NCBI GenBank assembly: GCA_905178155.1
Contig: CAJINV010000004.1
Span: 1,302,881 to 1,366,880 of the forward strand
Length of the DNA: 64,000 bases
Direction of reading: 5' to 3'
Origin: Amoebophrya sp. A120
Lineage: Eukaryota > Protista > Dinoflagellata
The translations under genes were made by a program, and so were the position numbers. Below the pieces are notes generated by a model. That model searched no databases and was not told the origin of the DNA. It saw nothing but the letters and a program-made list of their open reading frames with translations. Below are positions 49,045 to 61,080 of this stretch, piece by piece (positions within the stretch are counted from its first letter, which is position 1; each line of letters opens with the position of its first letter).

Positions 49045-51093
49045 TCACGCAGCAGCCTCCTCAACGGCAGCAGCGGCCTCTTCCGTGGCAGCCGGAGCGG
49101 CCTCTTCCGTGGCAGCCGGAGCAGCTTCCTCCTCTACCGCAGCCGGTGCTTCCTCCGCAGCAGCCGGGGTCTCTTCAGCCGCGGCCGGTGCCTCTTCCGC
49201 AGCAGCCGGGGTCTCCTCAGCAGCCGGGGCAGCAGCTTCCTCCGCAGCGGCCGGCGCCTCTTCCGCAGCAGCTGGGGTCTCCTCCGCGGCAGCTGGGGTC
49301 TCCTCCGCCACAACCGGGGCAGCTTCCTCAGCAGCAGCCGGGGCAGCTTCCTCAACAGCAGCCGGGGCAGCTTCCTCAGCAGCAGCCGGTGCTTCCTCCG
49401 CAGCAGCTGGGGTCTCTTCCGCAGCAGCCGGGGCTTCCTCAGCAGCAGCCGGGGCAGCTTCCTCCGCAGCAGCTGGGGTCTCTTCCGCAGCAGCCGGTGT
49501 TTCTTCCGCAGCCGCCGGTGCTTCCTCCGCAGCAGCCGGTGCTTCCTCAGCAGCAGCCGGTGTTTCCTCAGCAGCAGCCGGTGCTTCTTCCGCAGCAGCC
49601 GGTGTTTCCTCAGCAGCAGCCGGTGCTTCTTCCGCAGCAGCCGGGGCAGCAGCTTCCTCCGCAGCAGCCGGTGTTGTTTCCTCGGCAGCAGCTGGGGCCT
49701 CCTCCGCAGCAGCTGGCGTCTCCTCCTCGGCAGCAGCCGGGGCAGCAACTTCCTCCGCCGCCGCCGGCGCAGCTTCCTCGACCGCAGCGGCCGGAGCAGC
49801 TTCTTCCGCCGCAGCCGGGGTTTCCGTGGTTTCCTCCGCGACCGGGGCCTCTTCCTCAACCGCAGCCGGCGCAGCTGGCGCCTCCACGGCCGCCGGAGCT
49901 GCGACTTCCTCGTCCACAACCGCCTTTGGCGAGGTCTCGTCGGCCTTGGTCGATGGGGTGGCATCCGCCTCCTTGGTGCTGGCCAAGCCGCTATCCTATG
50001 CCAAAACATCCCCACCCCATAGTCAAGATGGGCAATCTGCTAGACAAATCAGCCAGCTCTGATTGCTGCACATGACAAGTTTGGGCCTTGTAGCATCGTG
50101 CTATTTAGGGAGTCCAGCAGCATCACAGGTAGAGCACATCATGCTGGTTAGAGCATCACAGATTCCAACACACGACTAGAAAATGCTTCTCATGGGGCTC
50201 CGCAGGAGAAACATTTTAAGCAAGCAGATTTGCATGACAACCCTGGGGTGGGGACGTTTTTACACAGGATAGACGCGCTTCACGCCCCGCTGATCCTCGA
50301 TGTACTGCACCATGTAGCCCAACGCGTCCTCCGGCCTGTTTAGATTGTAGTTGTCAAACTCATTACACAGCTACAAGAACCCTATGCACAAGACAGAACG
50401 CAAACGCAAGACCCGACCTTGCTGCTTCCTATCTAGGGACGACCACGTTGTGGTTTTGCTGCAAAAAAACACCACAGTGAAGCAAAAACAACAAATTTTC
50501 GATGAACATTTATAGACAAGAAATATTTATCTCCTACTGTTTCTCCAGCAGGCCGCGGATCATGCTCTGCAGGGTCGCCTGCACACTGTGCTCATCCAGG
50601 TACTTGGTGGCCTTCAAGGTGACCTCGTGGCGCGACTGGCGCTTCTTGGATTGCGGGGAGTCCTCCGGGTACACGCACTTGCACTTCAGCTGCATACCGT
50701 TCACGTTAATCTCCTCAATGTGCTCGGCGTCATTCTTCAGCTTGTACCTGTTTTGTGATTGCAACTTTCGAACAATAATTACACATTTTACTACAATCAA
50801 ATGGTGCACGCACCGCATGACAAAGTTCTACTACTCACGCCGGCATCATACTTGCTTCGCAGCACGACAGAACTTTTCACTTTATGTAAGTTGAGTGACG
50901 AAAAATGATACATTCCGACGCTGGCGCCGCCCAGGTACTGGAAGAGGTCGACCTTCATCGTGGCATGCTGACTGTTGGAGAAGTGGAAGGTCTCGTCCTG
51001 TTTGTAGGGCCCTTGCCTCCGGGTCTCCCCAATACGGATGGAGACGTAGGTCTTCTCCGGGAGGTTTCCCGCATCGCAAACAACGATATCCAT
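49045..51093 (-). CDS. Protein with a C2-like N-terminus, an RIIa/Dpy-30-like dimerisation motif and an acidic PAAAEE-repeat tail
   Basis: Exons 51093-50912, 50747-50538 and 50335-50272 (GT-AG), then an introner, then the last exon to 49045. YLDEHSVQATLQSMIRGLLEKQPEDALGYMVQYI motif. Confidence 0.8.
49048..49905 (-). repeat. Coding tandem repeat (21-27 bp units; PAAAEE(A/T))
   Basis: Repeated GCAGCAGCCGG(T/G)G.TTCCTC units. Confidence 0.95.
49992..50271. mobile_element. Introner, TIR family D
   Basis: IR TATCCT.TG..AAAAC.TCCCCACCCCA; flanks GCCGC/GACGC (4/5); in-frame join. Confidence 0.88.
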
Positions 51094-52225
51094 TTTTTTT
51101 GTTGGTTTGATTGTTGTGAAACAAAACCACTTCTAGTCCTCCCGAATAAACTCGGAAAAAAAAAGAGTCTGCTTGGGTGTGATTTTTGTTTTACTTTATC
51201 TAGGAAGTTTCTGCGGGTTGTTCTTTTGTTGTATCCGAAGACACGACGACTTTCTACACGCTAAAAAGAAGATTCTCTGCGAGGAGAAATCTTCCAAGTG
51301 GCGAATGCAATCTGAGTCTGTGATTTTCGGGTTTTTTTGAAGATTGTAAGCTATTTCGATGAATCTTCCCCGATTCATCGAAATTACGAGGAGAAATTAC
51401 GAGGAGAACGACCACTAAAAAACGACCCCCGTGCATTCGAACGAAACGAAGGCTCTGTTCCTCCGTAAATTGTACGTACGTCGACGAAGCGAGAAAAAAA
51501 ACGCAAGGCTTCTTCACGTAGGTGCACGAATTGATAATTTCTCTTTTCGGGGTTGGACGTTTGAACTCGAAGATGGAGGACCTTAGCCCTACATCTCATA
51601 AATGACTTATACTCATCTGGTGCACGAGACGAAAGCAATCAGAAAAAAAGAACCGATCTCTAAAATGGCAAAGATGTTGTCACTCAGGGATTTTTACGAG
51701 TAGTGTCCACCGTAGCCAAAAAAACACTAGCTGGGCAAGAGCCCGGAAGAACAATTCCTGGCAAGGCTCGAAAACAGAGCCCCTGGAACTACATCCGAGA
51801 ACCCCCGCTCATGATCTGAAGTCAGATCCAGCACGCGGGTGGTTAGTAAGTTGCTTTGATGTGAGACTTCTTCTGGATTTCCTTCGTTAGTGAGACGAGG
51901 CCAAACGAACAAAAGTCGCGCACAGATGGATACTGGGTAGTAGAAGTTTTACGGCTTGATTTGTACAATGATTTTACAGTGAGTACACGTACAGATCGGA
52001 AGAATACAAGTAGAGGGACGACATTAATACAGCATTACGACAAATACAAATGAGTACTTTGTACAATGTAGTGGTGATTTCCTTAGACTTCTTGCCATAC
52101 ATTCATACAAATTTCATACAATCGGGTCAAGCGCCGCAGCGCTCTACGATCTAACTTTCGAAGTAGCTTCTATAGCACGCCGATGACACTTTCGAAGTAG
52201 CGACTACGAAACAATAAAAACAATT

Positions 52226-54219
52226 TTAATTCAACGGCAGCAGCCCGGTCGTGGTCTGCGTCACCGTACCGGTAGACCCCTTCTCCACATTACTGGAACT
52301 GCTGCTCCCTACGGGCAACTTCCCCAAGACAGGCCCCGCCGCATTTCTCCTGTGTAAAAACGTCCCCGCCATAGATTTCCTGTCATGCAAATACGCATGC
52401 TCAGGATGTTTTTCTTCCAGCTCTCCGTGTTGAGACGGTTTCTGATTTTCTAGTCGCGTTTTGGAGTTTATTATACCCGAAGTAGCTTAATGTGCCTTAG
52501 TGATGCGGCCAAGCGAGCCCAACCATGCTGATTTTCAACTAAACTACAGAGTTGTTCCAAATTTGATCATGTCATGAGACAGTCCTAAAGCTTCTTGATT
52601 TGATGTCTAGCGGCATCATCATCTTCAGGACTATGGGGAGCAGGAGGTGGGGACGTTTTTACTGAGAATAGTGTTGCTCAACACCTCGTCGCACTCCTCG
52701 TCCTCGTCCTTCTCAAATCGCAACAAGCTCGTGACCGCCTGTCGACAAATCGGACACCGTTCGCACTGGTGTCGCATGATTCCCGCGCAGTAGGTGCAGA
52801 AGGCCATGTGGCGGCAGGGCAGGACGAGCGTGTCCCGCGGCTCACACATGCAGATGATGCACTCGGTGTTACCTTCGTCGTAATCAGCGGCCGAGGCCAC
52901 GTTGGGTCCCGTGGCAGCCTCCTCAGCCGCGTCGTGGTTCTTCACACCGTAGACCTCCTGCATGTCCCAGCAGTCAGCTTTCTCGATATCAGGGGGAAGG
53001 TCGTTCCTGTAGATCGGGATGGATGAAAATGATATCGGTGCAGCAACAAAATTCTTCACAATCACATAATTACGCAGTTTCACCATTGAGAAAATGAACG
53101 CTTTGTTTTCATCCTTGCGAAACCAGACTCTTTTTCATCTTGCGAAGACGAGGACGAGAAAAACCTTCTTGATACGTGTTCTCTAGGTCCGGTGCGTACT
53201 GCAAAGCCTGCTTGTCCAGGTCCACCTTGAAGTTGCCCGACCCCGCGTCTTTCCAAATCTTGATTTCCGACCGTTGCCCGTTGATGACCGAGGCCTGCTT
53301 GCAGAGACTCAGGTCCCGCCGTAGAGCGACAACGAAACGAATCCCGTCTGTTGTGACTCTTTCTGCCGCGCCGAGGGAAGTGCGGAACTACAGAACATTT
53401 AATGATAGAAGGTTCGACAAGGACAAGAAAGTCTGTCATGCGTATAAAAGTTCCGCATGGGTGTTGTCACACATCGAATCATAGAAAAATACGTACGTCA
53501 CTTGCAACTTCTTCTTACCGTTTGCTTCAGCCCTCGTTTTCTCTTTTCTTCTATTGCGGGAAAGGGAAACTTTTCCTCGCTGTCCTTTGCCACTTTCAGT
53601 GACAATACCACGGGGCAGGACGCATCAAACCCGATCTCTAGCCAGAGGATCCCCTCCTCGTTACTTACCTTTAACAACGCCCTCCGCAGATGCAACGGCG
53701 ACTGTATCAGCTTCGTCTGCTTTAGGTCCGGCGGGTGCAGGGGCCGCCACATCCGCGCCTGGCTCGCATTGGCCCCGGGAAACCCGCCCTCGAAGCCCGT
53801 GGCGTCGCGGTCAAACGCGTTGGGCATCAGCGCCTGGCTCTCGTAGCGTCCGTTGCGCTATGCTCTGCAAAAATAGACGAGGCGAGCCGATGTAAATGGA
53901 AAAATGTACAACGGTGTAGGAATTCCTTGTTTCAAAAGTGCCATACATACTAGAAGTTTTGCATAACAGACGTGAAAATACACTTCTTCCGTCGCAGTCG
54001 GAGCAGTCCCCCGTCGCTAGTATCTGCGGCTGGATACAATCGACATGCAGAAAATGAAAGTGTGTGTAATGCAAAAAATGAAAATTCTAAATTATCGGTA
54101 GTCTATGCTACTTTTGCATTGCATATGCGCAGCACAAACGTATTCGTGACTACCGGCGGCGGCGGCGGTGCGCCGGGGCCCCGCGGTTGCGAGTAGTCGC
54201 TGCCGTACCCGTTGCCCAT
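52226..54219 (-). CDS. MGRN1/RNF157/LOG2-like RING E3 ubiquitin ligase
   Basis: N-terminal MGN; DMQEVYGV...ECIICMCEPRDTLVLPCRHMAFCTYCAGIMRHQCERCPICRQ; several GT-AG introns plus one introner. Confidence 0.88.
52346..52670. mobile_element. Introner, TIR family D, diverged
   Basis: IR GTAAAAACGTCCCC.CC; flanks GCATT/GTGTT (3/5); element+5 removal gives an in-frame last exon ending at TAA 52226. Confidence 0.8.
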
Positions 54220-56110
54220 TCTTGACTCCGACTTTTTTTTCGTTTCCTTTTAAAAAAATGCACTACTGATAAATGGAGTTCTATCACGAGCCGAACCACA
54301 ACATAGAATGATCATACCGAAGATGCAAGAACGCTACTGATCTTTACGCGTTTTAGGCACAAGTACTAGAGTAGCTCTCAAGTGTTTCATGACGTTAAAA
54401 ATCAACTAGGTGGTTTCCAGGTGCATTCGCAATTTAACAATTGCAGTTGAAGTACTTTTATTCCCACCACCAGTACCCGAACGACGATAGCCTAGCTGCT
54501 TCGAGTTCGCGGGCGCGACGACCACGTTGTTCCCATGGGCTGCAGTAAAAATGGCGCGCCTTGTTCTCCGCCGGTGGAAAGGCGGGGCAGAGGCTTGTGC
54601 TTTGTTGCGAGCGGCAGCGAGCTGAGCACTTGTAAGTTGGCGCGGAGGGCAGCAGTGCGACAATTTTTACTTTCAAAAAGTGAGTAGATCCGCTAGAGCA
54701 GTCGAAGTTCAAATCACGAAACGACACACGATTGCCGAGGCCTCCTCGACGAGAAAACGAGAATAGCGACCGCGACCATTTCGATCGACCTTTATCCCAA
54801 AACTGACTGAATAGAGAATGTACTTCGTGAACGACGAGACGATTTGATTCCAGCCGTGACAACTTTTCTTTTGCACAATACGAAAGGCAAGAGTTCTTCT
54901 TGATGTTGTGCGAGGAACACGTATGAAAACAATGCTGCTCGTGCGCGGGTCCTATATTAATTTGCGACGCTTGTACGATGCGCGCCTTGCCTCCTGACGA
55001 TGTTTGATTTTTTCAAGGAAGTGATCAAAAGTAGGAAATACGTGCTGTAAAATATGGGTCTATTTACAATGAAAGGCAACTGATGTTGTTAAAATCTGGC
55101 AATAGAGACAAGGTAATATCCGCCTGGTCGTCGTGTCGTCGTCCAGTGAATTCACTATAACAATCTTCACTTATGTAGTTGACCTTCGAAGAGGAATAAA
55201 TCCAGTGAAAATCTACCTCCACTTCGAAGGGCTCAATTTCGTCTCGAATTTTCTTTGAGGGCAGGGTGGATAATACGAAAAGTACGAAATCAACCACGTG
55301 GACCACAGGGTAAGCACAGCACTGAAACTCCGTGCCGGAAGTGCCGCAAACGTGAGCAGTTTGATGCGTTGTAGAAAAACTACAGAGGTAAACTTGTGAA
55401 AAAAAATCGTGGCCGTCTGAGTGCACGCCGGCTGTCTTTTCAAAAAAAGCCCGAACATGAAGAAAGAGGCTTCATTGAAAAGTGCAAGCGCAGAGACGCC
55501 AGTCACAGGATTTTTTATAGTCGCAGAACAAAAATGCTCGATGATCTACGAAATAAACCATAGTACCTTGCTCAAGTAAATTCTATCGCTATAATCGCCT
55601 ACTAATCGCAAAAATCACACTGCACATACCACTTTACAGATAATTCCTGTACAGAGTTTCTCTCTTGGAATTTTGCCTACTCCGCTCGCGGCGTTGAGTG
55701 CAAAAAAAAACTTCCACTGTGGACCACGTTATTTTTCGGGATAACTATTTGTTGTTGTTCTGTGTGCAGCTAGGCCGATGAGGTACACAATAAATCCGCT
55801 CTGCAAAGCCTTGTGACGAGAAAACAAGGCGAGAAAAGCATCACAAAAGATAAAGAACATATAGCTGTCACTGACCAGCGTAGTGGCTGTGGCTCTAGAA
55901 GCAACACAGAATTTATATATGAGTAGAGTGGGTGGTGAAATAATAGTAACAGATTGTCGCAGCGGCTCCTCCTGTACCAGTACAACCTGCCTGTTCGTTA
56001 CAGTCTCGTGTAGCAAAGTGGAACGAGGTACTACTAGGTCCTCTTTCGTATCGACTGACAGGCTGGCGCTGGGACAATATTAAAAGAAGGTGCCATACAT
56101 AAGCTTAATG

Positions 56111-57327
56111 TCAGACCTTCACGTTGTTGACGTACGAGCAAGTTCCCGCGGACGCCGACCTGTTGCCACCGCTGTTACAAGAACCGCTTTCCACGTCGTC
56201 GCAGTTACTATTTTCCGTGTAGGACCAGGAGTGTTGTTTCGGGGTGTTTGTTCCGCCCCCGGCGCCATAGAGCCGGTCTTTGGTGGCGTAGTAGCGGGAC
56301 AGTTGAAAGTACCACAGAAACGCGGACACGGCGGACACCATACCGATAAAGCTCGTGATCACAACGGTCCAGTAAGCGGCGGTCCGCTCCCGGTGCGAGT
56401 CTCCCGTCACCGGGTCAGTAACGGACTCGTACCTATAATTTCGTGAAGATTGATCGACTCAGCTAAGAAAAATTATATCTTGCATGTGTACTAGCAAGGG
56501 GGTGCTGCGTGGTTATCTGCATCTTCACAAGTTTTCAATAAAGCAGTAACCTCGTTTGTACCTGGGCGATACGTCCCACCCGATAACGTAGCAGAGCGCC
56601 TGCGTGTTCTCGATGAGAATCATGATCATCCCGAAGGCCAGCAGTTTGCAGGGTCCCGCGAAACGATTCGGCAGGTTCGGGGTGGCGGGAGTGCCCTGGG
56701 TGGTGTTTTTTTTTTAGATATAGAATTGTCATGGATTAATATTTCATACGATCGGCGGAGACCTCCACAATGATGAATTTACGGCCGCCCGAGGACCATG
56801 CATGATGCCTCGACCTCTTCCATAGCAGCGGTCTTCGTCTTCACTAAAAGCAAAAGTACCTTGCTCCACATCCACTGGATGAGATTGGTATACACCGTGA
56901 TGTTCAGCGCCCAGGTGACGACGCTCGAGGTTCGCGTCAGGTGGTTGAAGGTGGCCCGCTCCAGGTCGATGAATTTCGTGTTGGAACCGTTGATGGGGTG
57001 GTCGTGGTACCCAAAACAGGGGTTGGTCACGTTGGCAAAAAAGTTCAGCAGGAAGTTGATCCCCCCAATGGCCAAGATCGGCCAGCATCAGCCCAGCATC
57101 AGGATCGGGATGGTGATAAAGATCGACCAGCACATCCCCAGCTGCTCCGTGCGCGTGTTGGCCGCCAGCAGGCTGCCATTCTGGCCGGCCGTCGTAGTGC
57201 CGGGTTTGGCCAGGTACACGTGCGACCCGTTCCCGCGCAGCAAGCCCTTGTTCTGCTTCGTCAAAAGCAAAGGCTCGTTTTGGTTCCGCTCCGGCGCAGC
57301 GCCGGAAGGCTGTGGCGGCTGCGCCAT
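56111..57327 (-). CDS. Multi-pass membrane protein containing an in-frame TGA
   Basis: Exons about 57327-56860, 56695-56563 and 56432-56111 join in frame by GT-AG; four hydrophobic segments; TGA at 57088-57090. Confidence 0.65.
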
Positions 57328-58248
57328 GTTGATGGTGGGTTTAGTACAAGATGAAATGTGTAGTAGTTCTTGGGGAGTTTGATGAAAATGTATAACAAAA
57401 TTTATTTTGGCAATAAAAGATTAGTGGAGAAGTGAAAAATTACACTTAGTTTATTTCACAAATAAAAGTGCAGAAAAAAGAGCCACCGTAGCTACGAGTG
57501 TGAAGAAGCATGGGGTACTACTTGTTAAGAGTTTTATTTGTTGCGAAGATTTTATTTTCCTCTCCTATCAAAACCAGGAAAGCTATTTCCATAGCGAGCT
57601 ACGACGGAGCACCAGAGCATAGGCTCCTGAAAAGGAGTCGGGTACGCACGAAGATCCGAAGCGATGAACGATCTTTTTCAAGCACGAAACCTCCATCCAA
57701 CCGTACCGAACTTGTTCTAGCTTGCCGCGCAATCGTAGTACAGGACCCGACGATTACCTATGATTGAACGAAGGACGAGTAATTCTCTGCGAAACCGAAA
57801 AATCTTTAAAAGCGCACGACCGAAATCATAGCAATCGCGACAGTACGGATACCGATGCTTGCATAAGAGTTTGATACAAGTAAGTAAACACCGATAGTGA
57901 TAGTACGTGCTGTTTTCATTTCACATCCAGAAGCTGGAGGCGATGCTGGAAATGATCTCGCAGACAGCGCCTCTGCCTCCGCGACTGTCTCCCTTCGAAA
58001 TGATGCCTGGCGCAAAAAATTTCACGACGAACTGCAGCTTTGTATCATAAGTGCTGTTTGTTTCCATAGGGCAGTCCACTATGGTTGACTGACGATCCAG
58101 CCTTTGTCAGCACTTCTTTGAAGCTGAACGAAGTTCTATTTTAAGAGGAGGTCCTTCGAAATCTAATACTATCTTCTGACAACAAGCGTGCCTACTAGTG
58201 TATAGAGTAACTCATCGCAGTACAGTAGTACTATCGCAGGTCGTTTGT

Positions 58249-61080
58249 TCACCCCACCAGGAGCTTCGGCATCAGCGGTGAACCCATCGCGGACGCGCCG
58301 GCGTACGTTTTGCTGGTTACCTATCGCGAGGAAACATTCCCCCTTCCCATACCCAAAAGGCGACGTCTCGCGCATGATTTGCGTACTACACGACAAACTC
58401 GAAGTGGTTTCCTAGGCGCGGCAAAGAAGAGACCGACTCCTCGTCGTGCAATGCAAAATTGGTTCCTGCCATACTGAACAGTCAACCCTTGGGTGTTTAT
58501 TTCCATCCCTGAGAGCAATCAATGGACTTAGCCTCTGTTGCCTGGTGCTTCTGACATAACAGCTTGATTCATGTAACGGCGCAAGAATTCGTGCTACACA
58601 GAAGATCTCGGTTTGAGTATGGAAAACAGGGAGAAGTAGATTTCCAATTTTGATATCACCTTCGCGTACCGCGCGAACAAGTCCTCGGTTGGCAGGGCGA
58701 CGACGAGACTCTTCTTTTTGTCCGGATTTGCCATGTCCTCCGAAATCACGCCGTTTTGGTCGCTGCCGCGGTACCGCGCCTGCGGGTGCGCGACGGACAC
58801 GACGATGTCCCCGCCCCGCTTCTTGTCCAGCAGCCCGTCGTGCACTGCCGCAGCGCAGATCGGGGTTTTCTCCGCGTAGATCCCGGTTCCGAACACCCCG
58901 CTCGTCCCATCCCCACTGCTCTTGTTCCCCGCGGGGCCGCCACACCCGGGCGGGCAGTGTGCCAGGACCGTGGTGCCCGGCGGTCCTTGGCTTAATTTCG
59001 TGGTGGGTAGCGTGGACGAGCACTCCAGATCCAGGCGGACAAAGGGCGCGGGGTCGGGTTTGGGCGCCTGCTCCTTCGCGGCCTTACCGGACGGGTCGCC
59101 GCCGTACCCGACGCACTTCAGAACCAGGTTGTTCGCGGGGGAGGGCTGTTTGTCCGCGGGCATGAACTCCGTCCGCACCAGTTTGAAGGAGCACTGGGAG
59201 ATGTCCTGCTCGCTCCCCAAGCACTGCAGCTGCGAGATCCCCGGCCCCCGAGATCCGCAGTAGGACTTCGCGCCGCCCTCGAACTGGTCGCAGGGGGTCG
59301 CGGGGTAATTCAGGTCGATGCCGCCGTACCCCATGGACCGGCACGCGGTCGCCGCCGTGCCATCGCTGTACTGCTCCCGATTCACCGGTCGCCACTGCCC
59401 CGCCCGCCACATCTCCAGGCGGCCCACCCCGTCCGCCGTCGGTTGGCCCGCGTCGTCGATCAACCGCAACTTCCCGTCCTCGATGTCCCACGGGTAATTC
59501 TTGTTGCTGCACCACACGACACTGTCGTGTTTGTGCGTCCGGCACTCCTCATCGGGTTCCAACCGCGTGCAAGACTGTAAAGACGTTTCCTCCCCGTTAC
59601 ACACCAGGTTCTTCGCGGCGACGACGGATCCCCGCGGGCCGCAGAGCGCCCCGCAACGCGCAGTCGGAATCTTCCAGCCCTTATCAAATGTAAAAATGTC
59701 TGGGTCTGGAAGAATGCAAGTTTGTCATGCTTGTCTGGCATGACTCCTAAATCTGTCATGCACATTCCCAAAGAGCCCCACTTTTCTGTCATGCAGAAAC
59801 GTAGTGTGTCATGCAGAATAGGCAACACCTAGAAGCTCAGAGACTTGTCATGCTGAGCCAGCAATTGTCGCCTCCTCATGATACGCCACACAGCATCACA
59901 AGTTTCCAGACCCAGACATTTTTACATTTGATAGCCCTTCCGGTACCCCAGTTCCCGGCAGATGTGCTGCGCCGTGTGGTGGTTCAAACCGCAGATGTAT
60001 CAAATGCAAATATGTCTGGGTCTGGTGTCATGCACATTTTGCATGACTCCTGATGTCTGTGATGCATGCACTAGCATCCCAGATTTTGTGAGGGCTTCCT
60101 GATCCTGATGCCTATATCGCATGAGAAATGCCCTCTCGCCCTGACAAAAACTGGACCTCGGTTCCTGGTCATGCAATACAGATTTTTGTAGAATTCAGAC
60201 GCAGCATCACAAGTTACATCCTTCCAGACCCAGACATATTTGCAATTCGTAAGATGCTGCCCCAGCCCTTGTCCGTCCGCAGTTCCGGGCGCCCCATGGC
60301 GGAGAGGTACCCGTCTTCCCCCACGATGCGGACGTTGGAGGAAATCTGGTCGATGGTGTCGACGGCGTACGTTTTGTAGCTGTCCGACACAATGTTCGCT
60401 CCGGCTTCCACCCCGACGTAGTTGCCCGCGAGACTGCTCCCCTCGTAACTCATCTGCGGGGGGCCTTTGGTAACAACGAGCGCGCCGCCTTGCACCGGCA
60501 TGACGCCATCGGCGATCGCGGACGAGCAGACCGCGGACTCGTTTGGGTGGACGGAGAGCCCGATCACCCGCGCCGCCTGGTCCTTCTGGCAGTGCGCCGG
60601 GCACACCACGCGGGCCATGTTCCGGTCGAATTGCAAGTCGTGCCCGGTGCTGCTGCAGCTAATCGGGCGGGTTGGTAAAAACCCGGTCCGGTCGATGTAG
60701 GAGGCCGGTTCCGCCGGGGCGGAGTCCGTGTGGGCGAAGGAGGTCGTGATCGCATTGCGTTGCTTCACTTGTTGTAGTTCTTGTGGATGAACAGAGGAAC
60801 AAGAAGAAGCCCAATCTCGAACTGGTTTTGCGTCGAAAATTCTGGACAACAGATTAGAAAAAAAACCCTGATGATTCATTTTACTTTCGTCAGGGTCTAC
60901 TACTTCGAAATTCGTCCTCTGGTGGTCCCGCCCGATAGAAGAAGTTCTACTCCACCGTGGCAGACCAGCACGATCCTGGAAGTAAAATGACGTCGGATTG
61001 GCGTAGTTCAAGGCGCCGTGAAACCCTTCCGGGTCGTCGGGCACAGGACCGGCAGAAAACAAATACGTTAACAGTCCCAT
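58249..61080 (-). CDS. LCCL-SRCR-SRCR-LCCL multidomain protein (apicomplexan CCp3/LAP1/PSLAP-like)
   Basis: LCCL (CPAHC...SAVCSSAIADG; CPPGC...VFGTGIYAEKTPICAAAVHDG) and SRCR (GRPE...WGSIC...ICRELG; GRLEMWRAGQW...ACRSMG) motifs; three introners. 5' end uncertain. Confidence 0.85.
58322..58655. mobile_element. Degenerate family-B introner with GT-AG-compatible boundaries
   Basis: IR TATC...GGAAA...CCC...CCATAC.CAAA; flanks TTACC/TCACC; intron 58659-58321 reads GT...AG and equals element+5. Confidence 0.75.
59682..59933. mobile_element. Introner, TIR family A (inverted close relative of 28982)
   Basis: Direct repeat GCCCT; join gives LGYRKG|WKIP. Confidence 0.92.
59998..60251. mobile_element. 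Introner, TIR family A
   Basis: Direct repeat AGATG; join gives the SRCR motif GWGSI|CG. Confidence 0.92.

Noticed and set aside
49045-49905. CRISPR-like array
   Set aside because: No unique spacers; it is a degenerate coding tandem repeat in a eukaryotic gene, and there are no cas genes.
48992-50075. Gliadin-like PQQQP, poly-SAAAG and RRLL ORFs
   Set aside because: Shadow frames of the PAAAEE coding repeat on the minus strand.
51709-51720. CCGTAGCCA resembling the dinoflagellate spliced leader
   Set aside because: The match stops after 9 nt and is on the strand opposite the genes.
15896-60251. Recurring short ORF peptides such as IANMSGSGRM and FQTQTFLHLI
   Set aside because: Translations of family-A TIRs, not a protein family.
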